IMG/VR virus record: IMGVR_UViG_3300029375_000005
From: a virus
Length of the DNA stretch: 44,483 bases
Reading direction: 5' to 3' (one strand)
The notes beneath the pieces are model-generated. The model was not told the DNA's origin. It saw nothing but the letters and a program-made list of their open reading frames with translations, and did not search any database. Shown here one piece after another: positions 1-7,642 of this stretch. Numbering within the stretch: the stretch's first letter is position 1; every line of letters begins with the position of its first letter. A program made the position numbers and the translations under genes.

Positions 1-121
1 AAACAATAATCCACCAGCTACCATCTCCGCCAAACATGCCGTCATTATTTCTACCGTTTCCAGTAGCAGCGGCAATATCTGCTAAGCTATAATTTCCATC
101 CATAATATAATCTCCTTTTTT
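1..121. repeat. Direct terminal repeat, copy 1 (identical to 44363..44483)
   Basis: Read by eye: bases 1-121 (aaacaataatccaccagc...tctcctttttt) recur exactly at 44363-44483. Identity ends at 122. The repeat lies inside the 5' part of the 259-aa ORF, so the break point is arbitrary (circular-assembly overlap or terminal redundancy). Confidence 0.9.
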
Positions 122-126
122 GTGTA

Positions 127-156
127 TTTACATCAATCTGGCCAGATTGTAATGTA
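127..156. other. Imperfect hairpin (TACATCAATCTGG / CCAGATTG-ta-ATGTA) between the 73-aa and 259-aa ORFs
   Basis: Perfect 16-bp palindrome caatctggccagattg at 134-149, extended by 5 bp after a 2-nt bulge. No U-tract on either strand, so not a classical terminator. Confidence 0.4.
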
Positions 157-378
157 CTATTTCATTCCTTTCAACATGTGCTGGAATTGCCCTGCCATCT
201 GCTGAACCTGATTAAGTTGCTGTTGAGAAATCTTCCCAGACTGTAACATCTTCTCAACTTCTGCTTTCGGGTCTCCCTTAAAATTCTGTCTAAATTGCAT
301 GAACTGCTGTATCATCTGCATTGGCCCGTTTCCCTGTGACATCCCACCACCGAGGGTGTTAAATAATGGATTACTCAT
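157..378 (-). CDS. Hypothetical small Gln-rich protein (73 aa)
   Basis: ORF track. SD GGGAGG lies 8 nt upstream of the ATG. 8-nt ATGAGTAA overlap with the upstream ORF. Composition is Q/M/G-rich (GGGMSQGNGPMQMIQQFMQFRQNF). Confidence 0.6.
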   Translation of the reverse strand: MSNPLFNTLGGGMSQGNGPMQMIQQFMQFRQNFKGDPKAEVEKMLQSGKISQQQLNQVQQMAGQFQHMLKGMK

Positions 379-841
379 CTGCGTTTCCTCCCTTGACTGC
401 TGATTCCTGCACGGTATTAGCTCTAACAGGTTCAGAAAATGAATTTAATCGGTTTATGATAGCTTCGTATTTGCCCTTCAAATCATCATATTCCTGTCTG
501 GTGACATATTTACTGTCCATGTTCTGAACAGACTGCTTAGGCGGCATCTGAGCACCTACTTCATGGTATTCAAACGTCCGTAATGGTTGTGGCATACCGG
601 AAACGTCTGTGGATTTTATGTAGAACTTTTCACTTTCACTGTCCATCAGTAAAACGCTTGTCCCGGGTGCTACCAGATAGGATTTTGCACCCACTTCGCC
701 AGATACCCACAGAATGCCACTATTATTCTGCTGTGGTTGCTGTACTGGTTGAGCTGGCATCTGGACAGGCTGTTGCTGAAATTGGTTCATCTGTCCCGGA
801 ACACCAAAACTATATTGATAAGGATTGTTATATAATGCCAT
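371..841 (-). CDS. Hypothetical protein, Q/P-rich N-terminus plus beta-rich core (156 aa from MALYNN)
   Basis: ORF 371..934 trimmed to Met32 (ATG at 841), because the upstream extension runs into the divergent promoter region. N-terminus QFQQQPVQMPAQPVQQPQQNN, followed by GILWVSGEVGAKSYLVAPGTSVLLMDSESEKFYIKS. Confidence 0.6.
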   Translation of the reverse strand: MALYNNPYQYSFGVPGQMNQFQQQPVQMPAQPVQQPQQNNSGILWVSGEVGAKSYLVAPGTSVLLMDSESEKFYIKSTDVSGMPQPLRTFEYHEVGAQMPPKQSVQNMDSKYVTRQEYDDLKGKYEAIINRLNSFSEPVRANTVQESAVKGGNADE

Positions 842-917
842 CTTATGCACCGCCTTTCTAATTATATTTTTGCATAGATGTATCAATCTAAAAAGTTCAA
901 AAAAGTATCGAAAAAGT

Positions 918-946
918 ATTGTGTAATAACGCACATAGATTTATAA
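918..946 (+). promoter_or_regulatory. Sigma70-type promoter P1 (TTGTGT-17-TATAAT) with operator AATAACGCACATAGAT filling the spacer
   Basis: -35 at 918-923, 17-nt spacer at 924-940, -10 at 941-946, just upstream of the RHH gene. The spacer sequence is repeated at 1151-1166 and 1175-1190. Confidence 0.55.
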
Positions 947-969
947 TTGAGAAAAAAGGAGGGATTAAC

Positions 970-1149
970 ATGGCAACAGAAGCGCAGAAAAGAGCGGTAA
1001 GAAAGTATGAGAACAGCAACTATAGGCTAAACATTGTCTTTCCAAAAGGAACTAAAGAGAGGATTGAAAAGCTCGGTCTTGGCAAGAGCAACAGTGCCTT
1101 TATCAGGGATGTTGTTCTGTCAGAGCTCGACAGGCTAGAAAAAAAATAA
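970..1149 (+). CDS. Ribbon-helix-helix (Arc/CopG-like) DNA-binding protein, 59 aa
   Basis: SD AAGGAGGG 6 nt upstream of the ATG at 970. Sequence MATEAQKRAVRKYENSNYRLNIVFPKGTKERIEKL...AFIRDVVLSELDR fits the beta-strand/helix/helix RHH pattern. The longer ORF-track start (919) lies inside the promoter. Confidence 0.7.
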   Translation: MATEAQKRAVRKYENSNYRLNIVFPKGTKERIEKLGLGKSNSAFIRDVVLSELDRLEKK

Positions 1150-1150
1150 A

Positions 1151-1166
1151 AATAACGCACATATAC
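1151..1166 (+). promoter_or_regulatory. Operator repeat copy 2 (AATAACGCACATATAC)
   Basis: 14 of 16 positions match the copy at 924-939. Sits immediately upstream of the -35 of P2. Confidence 0.5.
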
Positions 1167-1168
1167 GC

Positions 1169-1197
1169 TTGACATATAACGCACATAGATGTATAAT
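1169..1197 (+). promoter_or_regulatory. Consensus sigma70 promoter P2 (TTGACA-17-TATAAT) with operator copy 3 in the spacer
   Basis: -35 at 1169-1174. The spacer 1175-1191 contains ATAACGCACATAGAT. -10 at 1192-1197. Confidence 0.6.
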
Positions 1198-1258
1198 AAA
1201 GACAGTTAAAGAAAACCAATTACACAGCCCCTACAAGGGGCGGAACGGAGGAAAAAAG

Positions 1259-1462
1259 ATGAGAAAATTTGAATTGAAACAGGTAGCCCGAAACAATTCC
1301 GAAAACTTCGGATGTGCCAAAGTTACAGCAGCTTGGCTGTGCGGCACAGAGTCCCAGAAAGAGGATTTTATAAATTCTCTGGGCGAGAACTGGGTGAGAA
1401 TCCCGGCGGAACTTGTTGACGAGACCACCGAGCAGAATTTTATTTCTTACGCTCGGGCATAA
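1259..1462 (+). CDS. Hypothetical small protein (67 aa, MRKFELKQVARNN...)
   Basis: ORF 1169..1462 trimmed to the ATG at 1259, which is preceded by GGAGG plus 7 nt. The upstream part of the tracked ORF overlaps promoter P2. Confidence 0.55.
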   Translation: MRKFELKQVARNNSENFGCAKVTAAWLCGTESQKEDFINSLGENWVRIPAELVDETTEQNFISYARA

Positions 1463-1479
1463 GGAGGAGGGAAAAGAAG

Positions 1480-1683
1480 ATGTTAGAAAGAAAAATTGAT
1501 CGAGCAATTGAGAAAGAAGCAATAAAAACCGGGAAGATGGGAACCGAACTGGTGACCGTAGAAATGGCACTGACAAGTGGAGAAATCGAGGAGTTTAGAA
1601 ACCTCGAAAAATATGACAGCGATCATTATTTTTGGGAAATCGAGGGTAACACCCTTAGAATTTCCTATACAGAAGAAATTTAA
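1480..1683 (+). CDS. Hypothetical small acidic protein (67 aa)
   Basis: ORF track. SD AAGGAGGAGGG upstream of the start. Last gene of the plus-strand unit, followed by a terminator. Confidence 0.6.
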   Translation: MLERKIDRAIEKEAIKTGKMGTELVTVEMALTSGEIEEFRNLEKYDSDHYFWEIEGNTLRISYTEEI

Positions 1684-1763
1684 GAAAACGCCCGGAACTG
1701 TTCTTGAAATAGTACTGAATAAGTGCAAATTTTAATATTTCTATTTTGGAAAGACGCAAAATA

Positions 1764-1795
1764 AGCCCCTGAGAGATAATCCTGGGGCTTTTATT
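1764..1795. terminator. Bidirectional rho-independent terminator
   Basis: Stem AGCCCC (1764-1769) / GGGGCT (1784-1789) followed by TTTTATT on plus. The minus-strand reading gives AAAAGCCCC...GGGGCTTATTTT. Lies between convergent units. Confidence 0.7.
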
Positions 1796-1801
1796 GTCGT
1801 C

Positions 1802-2002
1802 TTAACACACTTTAATTATTTTATTATTCACCCTCCGGCTTAATCGTTTCGCCGTGGATATACTCACATTCATCTGTTCTGCACAGTATTCAAGAGTGTG
1901 TTCCTGACATCTCAGCCGAAACAGTCTTTCTTCGTCCGGTGTAAAATTGCACTCTAACAAGAATCTGTCTATATCTTTCTTAGTGAACACATATAATTTC
2001 AT
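1802..2002 (-). CDS. Small sigma-70 region-4-like HTH protein (66 aa)
   Basis: LFRLRCQEHTLEYCAEQMNVSISTAKRLSRRVNNKI matches the region-4 / LuxR-like HTH pattern. Start moved to the second ATG (2002), 7 nt after AAGGGG. Confidence 0.6.
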   Translation of the reverse strand: MKLYVFTKKDIDRFLLECNFTPDEERLFRLRCQEHTLEYCAEQMNVSISTAKRLSRRVNNKIIKVC

Positions 2003-2025
2003 GAGCATACCCCTTATTAATGCAA

Positions 2026-2331
2026 TTAACGCTGATTCTGTGCAAGATACTCCGTGAGCTTCTGCTTTGTTTTTTTTAACTCCTCGACGTTGTTTCCGCT
2101 GATCTGACTGTCTAGCATGGTTGATAACACTTCCAGAATTAATGAATCTCGTTCTGCGATTCTCCGAAGACTTTCATAATCTCGTCTATCATGCTCTTCC
2201 AGTGTCTCTACTCGCTTATTAAGTCGAAATACCGGAGTAATCCATTTAAAAATTACGGCTGCCGCGCCTCCGACAATAGACACCCCTCCGCAGATAGAGA
2301 GGAAAATCTGTACAAATTCTGATATGCTCAT
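2026..2331 (-). CDS. Membrane-anchored coiled-coil protein (101 aa)
   Basis: One N-terminal TM segment (FVQIFLSICGGVSIVGGAAAVIF), then charged helical sequence. SD AAGGAG present. ATGA overlap with the upstream ORF. Confidence 0.65.
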   Translation of the reverse strand: MSISEFVQIFLSICGGVSIVGGAAAVIFKWITPVFRLNKRVETLEEHDRRDYESLRRIAERDSLILEVLSTMLDSQISGNNVEELKKTKQKLTEYLAQNQR

Positions 2332-2717
2332 TTATTCTCCTTTTCCCAGTAATATACCGGGATCTCATTTCCGGAATCCCATGTATCGAAATATTTGCCA
2401 TCCTGCACTGTCACCACATGACCATCTATACAGAGAATGTATGTGCCTGTTGGATGATCTGCGCAAAAGTCATTGACTGTATAAATATATCGCTCCGACT
2501 GCTCAATCAGTTTTCGCCTGTATCCATGCTTATAGAGGTACGCTCCCCAGACATAATTTGCGCTCGGCATATCTGACAGAGTACATGCCTGTATCATTAA
2601 TCCGGCGAATACTGTTTCCCAGTCGAAGCCAGTTGCTTTACATATTGCCCGGACAACGCAATCTCCTGTTCTCTTATCCTTAACAGGATTTGGATTGAAA
2701 TATTCCCATCTATCCAT
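2328..2717 (-). CDS. Hypothetical protein with candidate Cys-His-Asp triad (129 aa)
   Basis: GDCVVRAICKATG ... CIDGHVVTV ... FDTWDSG has spacing reminiscent of papain-like peptidase or toxin folds. 1-nt overlap (TGATG) with the MuF gene. Confidence 0.65.
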   Translation of the reverse strand: MDRWEYFNPNPVKDKRTGDCVVRAICKATGFDWETVFAGLMIQACTLSDMPSANYVWGAYLYKHGYRRKLIEQSERYIYTVNDFCADHPTGTYILCIDGHVVTVQDGKYFDTWDSGNEIPVYYWEKENK

Positions 2718-3946
2718 CAGTCAATCCCCTTTGCTGTTTTATAGCGTTTTGCCGCTCCTCTGGCTTTAGCGGCGTTCTGGCGGTTCCACTTCGCGATCAT
2801 GAGCCGGTCTTGCAGTTCCCTCAGATCGTTCTGCTTGCAGTAATCTTTATATGTAGCATTTTGTTTCTGTAAAAGATAAGACTTCCGGTCAAGGTCTTGT
2901 TGGAGGGCAAATCTTGTCTGTTCGTCCTTGCAGTTATCAACCGCCGATTGCAGTCCAAGAACCTCTCTCTTCGTTTTGCGGATTCTTCGCTCATAAGTGC
3001 GTTGTCGTTGTTCTTTTTCATACTGCTTTCCTTTGTCGGCTTTATCCTGTGCTGATAGTTCTGCATAGGGATTGAATTCCCCGTCACTCGCCCCAAAACT
3101 ATGCCGGCAGTTGACCCCTGATAGTCCACTTGCCGTTCCATATCCGGTCAATGAGAAAGGTGGAAATTTCTTACTCTTGCCAGAACGAGAGTATATCTTG
3201 CCTTGCCAAAACGAGTGATTTCCCGGATTCTCGCCGCCGTCACCCGTCCTCGCTCCTATGTGCGCACTGACCAGAACTAAATCCCAGTCCATTTCTTCCA
3301 TGCGTTTTAGGGATATATCTCCCGTAGCCTGTGCCACACCAGTTCTGACAGAACGCGCAACTGCTGTTTCAATCGTGTCTTTTCTGCCAGATGGATATGT
3401 GACGGTAGCACCATCACTCACAACGTTATTGACTGCCTCTTTGATGGCTTGCGTATACCCAACCGCCCCAGTCATCACATGGTTATATGCAAGGTCGCAT
3501 TGCTCAATGTAGAGTCTCTGAGCGGCACTTGCGGTTGTTCTTGTAAAGTTCTTCCACTCTCCCATGGTCGCAAGCATATTCCGCTCCATGAGTCTTATCA
3601 TAGCTGGAGACTGTTCGAGCGGTACAGGGCTTAATCCTGCCGCCTTGTATACCTTGTCATCATAGTTCATTGCGGTGATTCCGGCATCTTCAAACGCTTC
3701 AAGAAGTTCCTGCTGTTCACGTTTGGTATATCTGGATAATTCTGCCAGAATGTCCTCTAGCAGTACACCGGATTCCTGTAGCGTTCTGATTCTCCACGCA
3801 TCAGCATTGGTCAGAATATAATCCTCACCTCTGCCGATTCTTGCCATCATCCGCGACACGATTTCAGAGATGATATACTGATGCAGTTCCTCTGCTATCT
3901 GTTCACTGCCCTCTGTTATCCGGCGTAAATATTCTGGGCTTAACAT
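2717..3946 (-). CDS. Minor head protein, Mu F / SPP1 gp7-like head morphogenesis protein
   Basis: 409 aa located directly after the portal gene. Typical MuF core (SGVNCRHSF) and a basic C-terminal tail. Confidence 0.85.
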   Translation of the reverse strand: MLSPEYLRRITEGSEQIAEELHQYIISEIVSRMMARIGRGEDYILTNADAWRIRTLQESGVLLEDILAELSRYTKREQQELLEAFEDAGITAMNYDDKVYKAAGLSPVPLEQSPAMIRLMERNMLATMGEWKNFTRTTASAAQRLYIEQCDLAYNHVMTGAVGYTQAIKEAVNNVVSDGATVTYPSGRKDTIETAVARSVRTGVAQATGDISLKRMEEMDWDLVLVSAHIGARTGDGGENPGNHSFWQGKIYSRSGKSKKFPPFSLTGYGTASGLSGVNCRHSFGASDGEFNPYAELSAQDKADKGKQYEKEQRQRTYERRIRKTKREVLGLQSAVDNCKDEQTRFALQQDLDRKSYLLQKQNATYKDYCKQNDLRELQDRLMIAKWNRQNAAKARGAAKRYKTAKGID

Positions 3947-3948
3947 AA

Positions 3949-5394
3949 CTATTCATCTCCAAACAGTTTTGGTTCGTCTGGCTGAGCTTCTTTGACCATT
4001 GCTTTCGCTTCTTCCTCAGTCATTCCCTCAAATTTTACAAAATACAACCATGCCGGTACCTTGCCAGTGGTCACATACTGCCACCATCTTGCACGGTCGT
4101 TTTCTCGCACATACAGGATGTCTCCAAAATCATAATTGACTTCATAAGCTCCGACTGGTGCAAGCCCGTACAGGTCAGCGTAGACGTTCAATGCGTAAAT
4201 AACTTCATCCAGACAGGATTCCAGTTTGTCCCTTACATCTTTGATGAACTGCACTGTCCTCTGCTGTTCTGCTTCTACTCCCGTAGCCGTCTGAATACCG
4301 CTAGATTCGTTAAAAACAAAGTACCCATTGGAGAATCCAATCTTGTACCCCAACTGGCTTAAAAGGGCATTTATGCCGCTTATACGAGTATCTGTGTTGA
4401 GTTGTGGATTGATTTCTTGATAAAACTCTTTCTCGTCCTGTCCGAATACATTCTTAACAAAATGTGGTAAGCTCATCTCGTTCCGTCTGTTCTCCATGCT
4501 CTGTGGTGACATAGCTGATACAGGCGTGCCGCTTGGCATCAGTAGTCTATCATCTGCCAGAACAATCTTCTGAGAATCAAAAATCTCTCCGGCATTACGG
4601 CTGTATGCAATGTCCAAATCCTTTAATTCCTCAATGGCTTCGGCAAATATCGGCAAGCCCAGTGGCGTACTGATATCCACATTGTTCGCCTGCGGTGTTC
4701 GGAGTATTCCGTACAGAGGTCCATCTAGCTTCTCGCCATTTGCTTTAAGTATCGGCGGTGTATCTGTCATGAGGTCGGCCCACTTGGTCTGTTTAAGGTC
4801 AATCTTATCACCGATTGACTGAGGGGATTTTGATACATAGGCTCTATTAGAAACGTAGTACGGATAGGTCGTCACGCCATCCACGGTAGTCTCAACAAAT
4901 CTATGATATTCAAGCCGTGTATAGTATTTCCGTCCAACAGTATAAGAATCCTTGAATATGATTCCCTTAATTTCCTGATTATCATAGTCCACGATCATCA
5001 CATCTGCCGGAGTAAATACGTCAATGCTTTCACCATTTGGCTTAATAAATACTGTTCCATAAGCACAGCCATATTCTACCCAGTGACGGATTTGAAAATA
5101 TACCTTGTCGATCTGTTCCTGTAGCCACGTAGCCCTTGCAGAACCGTCTATCTGAATGCCGATCGCCAGCGTTGCGAGCCGAGCTGTTTCTGAGCAGACA
5201 GATTTAGCAAAATTGATCGTCTTGATATTATTCTTATCATCCAGCCATTCCGGCGCACCTCTGTAAATGTTCGCGCACCGGTTAATCAGCGATTCCATCT
5301 CTGGAAATTCTGCTGCCTGAATGTTGAAGTCCTCTTCGGCTTGTTTTTTGAATATCATATTAAACCACCTTTTTAGTGTTGTTATAAGTCCCAT
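3949..5394 (-). CDS. Portal protein
   Basis: 481 aa, size and position after TerL fit a portal. Alternative start at Met13 (5358) has a better SD (AAGGTGG). Confidence 0.85.
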   Translation of the reverse strand: MGLITTLKRWFNMIFKKQAEEDFNIQAAEFPEMESLINRCANIYRGAPEWLDDKNNIKTINFAKSVCSETARLATLAIGIQIDGSARATWLQEQIDKVYFQIRHWVEYGCAYGTVFIKPNGESIDVFTPADVMIVDYDNQEIKGIIFKDSYTVGRKYYTRLEYHRFVETTVDGVTTYPYYVSNRAYVSKSPQSIGDKIDLKQTKWADLMTDTPPILKANGEKLDGPLYGILRTPQANNVDISTPLGLPIFAEAIEELKDLDIAYSRNAGEIFDSQKIVLADDRLLMPSGTPVSAMSPQSMENRRNEMSLPHFVKNVFGQDEKEFYQEINPQLNTDTRISGINALLSQLGYKIGFSNGYFVFNESSGIQTATGVEAEQQRTVQFIKDVRDKLESCLDEVIYALNVYADLYGLAPVGAYEVNYDFGDILYVRENDRARWWQYVTTGKVPAWLYFVKFEGMTEEEAKAMVKEAQPDEPKLFGDE

Positions 5395-6635
5395 TATGCA
5401 CTGTAACCTCTCCTGTTAAACAACGGCTCATAAGCATATCTAAGTGCCGAGATTGCATGATCATCTCCGTCAGGATAACCACTTATTACATTTCCCTCTT
5501 TGTCCCGATCGTACTCATATTCTGTGATTTCTTTATATGCGTTCGGTGTTCGCTTCGGGTCAATGACTATAGTCTTTGTCTGTAAGAATTTGAAACCATA
5601 CTCGATACTTCCCGGTCCTTTGATTGCTCCTCTTGCAGGAAGTCCGGCATCCCGGAAGTCATTCACAGACTTAGGTTCCGCAGAATCACATATCATTGTG
5701 TAATCGTCATAGCCTTTTTTCTTGATCCAATCAGCAGTCTTAGAGTTGCTCCATTTATTTACATACAGCTCGTCAATCAGATATATCTTCTCTCTGGCAG
5801 AATCATAATAAGTTCGGAGATAGCAGAAGGCATCCGGGTACCATCCATAATCTACGCCAGCGAAAATGCGGTCCATGTGGCTGATCTCTTCGTCTGTAAT
5901 ATCTCTGATTTCGAGATATTCAAATACGTTTCCGCCGTCACCATTCGGGACGCCCAGGTATTCATGCTCATAGGCTTCTGGGCGAATCTGTTTGAGATGT
6001 TCGGCATCGTCAAAAAACTGTTGTCCAAGCCATTCCTTTGGAACCGTTCTGTAATCAGAAGAATGAACATATCTGTCGTCTCTCTGGATTAATACTTCCT
6101 CATTCATGAAGTTATGTCTTGTTTTTGGTGGGTTGAATGACATAAAAGTCCAGTAGTCTTTTCCACCTCGCATCGATGACTGCAAGATGCTTCGTACTTC
6201 TTCCATTCCGGTAAAAGTATCACATTCTTCCAGCCATGCAAAAGCAAAGTATCCGAATGGAGCTTTTAACGACTTTAATTTCATTCTGTCATCAACGCCA
6301 CGAAACATTATAGTCTGTCCAGTCGGCATATATGTTATTTTCATTGGGCTGACAGTACATTTAAAATCACCATCAAGATGCAATGCTGATATAGCAAATT
6401 GCATCTGTGAAAAAACGCTATCTCTTAATGTGTTCGCTGTTTTTCTGAATATGATACAATGCTTATCTCTATTCTCTTTTCTTGTCATTAGCAATATAAT
6501 GACAATGCTCACGAAAGAAGACTTGCAGCTTCCACGTCCACCTTTGAATACATAATAAGTATGTTTGTGTTCTAAAATATCTCTTAGCACATTATCGAAA
6601 TTATACGGAAATAAATCATCTGCGGATATTTTCAT
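5394..6635 (-). CDS. terL: Terminase large subunit
   Basis: Walker A FKGGRGSCKSS, an acidic Walker B region and a C-terminal nuclease-like region (DGDDHAISALRY). 413 aa. Confidence 0.95.
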   Translation of the reverse strand: MKISADDLFPYNFDNVLRDILEHKHTYYVFKGGRGSCKSSFVSIVIILLMTRKENRDKHCIIFRKTANTLRDSVFSQMQFAISALHLDGDFKCTVSPMKITYMPTGQTIMFRGVDDRMKLKSLKAPFGYFAFAWLEECDTFTGMEEVRSILQSSMRGGKDYWTFMSFNPPKTRHNFMNEEVLIQRDDRYVHSSDYRTVPKEWLGQQFFDDAEHLKQIRPEAYEHEYLGVPNGDGGNVFEYLEIRDITDEEISHMDRIFAGVDYGWYPDAFCYLRTYYDSAREKIYLIDELYVNKWSNSKTADWIKKKGYDDYTMICDSAEPKSVNDFRDAGLPARGAIKGPGSIEYGFKFLQTKTIVIDPKRTPNAYKEITEYEYDRDKEGNVISGYPDGDDHAISALRYAYEPLFNRRGYSA

Positions 6636-7285
6636 ACTGCTTCATATCTCCAAACATATCCATAGGCTGTGGGACGTCCACCCGAACAGCATCGAGAAAT
6701 GGCACTATTCTTATAGCCTAACGCTCGCTCCACGTCCATAGTGCAGTCCCATGTTTTTATTATTTTACCATTGTATCTGTCTATCTGATTAACCCTTTTG
6801 GCTGAAACGCTTTTACTACCTCTATGGGAATCGCCAATTCTTCTTTTGGTTTCGTCTGAAAGCTTTCTTCCTGTTTGAGTTATTGCTCTTTTAGCTACAA
6901 CTTCTTTTGTGTGCAGCCTATCGCCGAAATGAAGCTGCGTTGCTGTCTTACTCATTTTCTTCTTTGTACGAGCGCAACGCTTCTTTCCGAAATTTCCACC
7001 ACTGTCAAAATTAAATCCGTACTTTTCTTCATTGCTTCGATGTTCTGCAATGCTTTTTCGTTCAATTAATTCGGCTTCTTCTTTGGTGAGATTATCGGAT
7101 ATAATTTCATGCTTAATCCCTTCCCAACCATATTTTTTTATAATTTTGAAGAAATCATCGTTTCCGTAATATCCGCTGTCCCACCTTGCTTTTACTGTTT
7201 TGCAAGTCATTCCTATATACACTCTGCCATCAGGCACAGTATGTTTATATACTTTATATCTTCTCTCCGTTTCTGGTAAGTTCAA
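6632..7285 (-). CDS. GIY-YIG homing endonuclease (free-standing, between terS and terL)
   Basis: YKVYKHTVPDGRVYIGMT (GIY-YIG), repeated G.K.SDETK.RI NUMOD3-like motifs, and a C-terminal NUMOD1/IENR1-like GYKNSAISRCCSGGRPTAYGYVWRY. TTG start at 7285 with GGAGG 9 nt upstream. Overlaps the terS 3' end by 32 nt. Confidence 0.85.
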   Translation of the reverse strand: MNLPETERRYKVYKHTVPDGRVYIGMTCKTVKARWDSGYYGNDDFFKIIKKYGWEGIKHEIISDNLTKEEAELIERKSIAEHRSNEEKYGFNFDSGGNFGKKRCARTKKKMSKTATQLHFGDRLHTKEVVAKRAITQTGRKLSDETKRRIGDSHRGSKSVSAKRVNQIDRYNGKIIKTWDCTMDVERALGYKNSAISRCCSGGRPTAYGYVWRYEAV

Positions 7286-7619
7286 TTACTATGCCCTCCT
7301 CTTTTTCTTCTTTCATTTCCGGTTCTGGGTTATCTCTCCATTTATCACGTTTTCTGTTTTTTAACCAGAATATTTGAGCCGTGGTATTCCCCTCAAGAGC
7401 ATTTTTGAAAAGTGCATTTTCTACTAAGTAATCAGCTATTTCTTTCCCTTCTTTTAGGGACTCCGAAATCTCCGAATATTTCTTTTTCCATTCATATAAT
7501 GTCGATGGGGAAATGCACATATTTTTTGCAATCTGCTCGTCAGTTAAACCATCTCTAGCCCAACCTTTTAAAAGTACTTGACCTTCTTGAGAAAGCCAAT
7601 ATTCATACTTTCCCGCCAT
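7254..7619 (-). CDS. terS: Terminase small subunit
   Basis: HTH (LTDEQIAKNMCISPSTLYEWKKKY) plus the AQIFWLKNRKRDKW motif typical of TerS. Start set at MAGKYEYW (7619), downstream of GGAGGTG. Confidence 0.8.
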   Translation of the reverse strand: MAGKYEYWLSQEGQVLLKGWARDGLTDEQIAKNMCISPSTLYEWKKKYSEISESLKEGKEIADYLVENALFKNALEGNTTAQIFWLKNRKRDKWRDNPEPEMKEEKEEGIVIELTRNGEKI

Positions 7620-7642
7620 ATTAACCTTCTCACCTCCAGACA

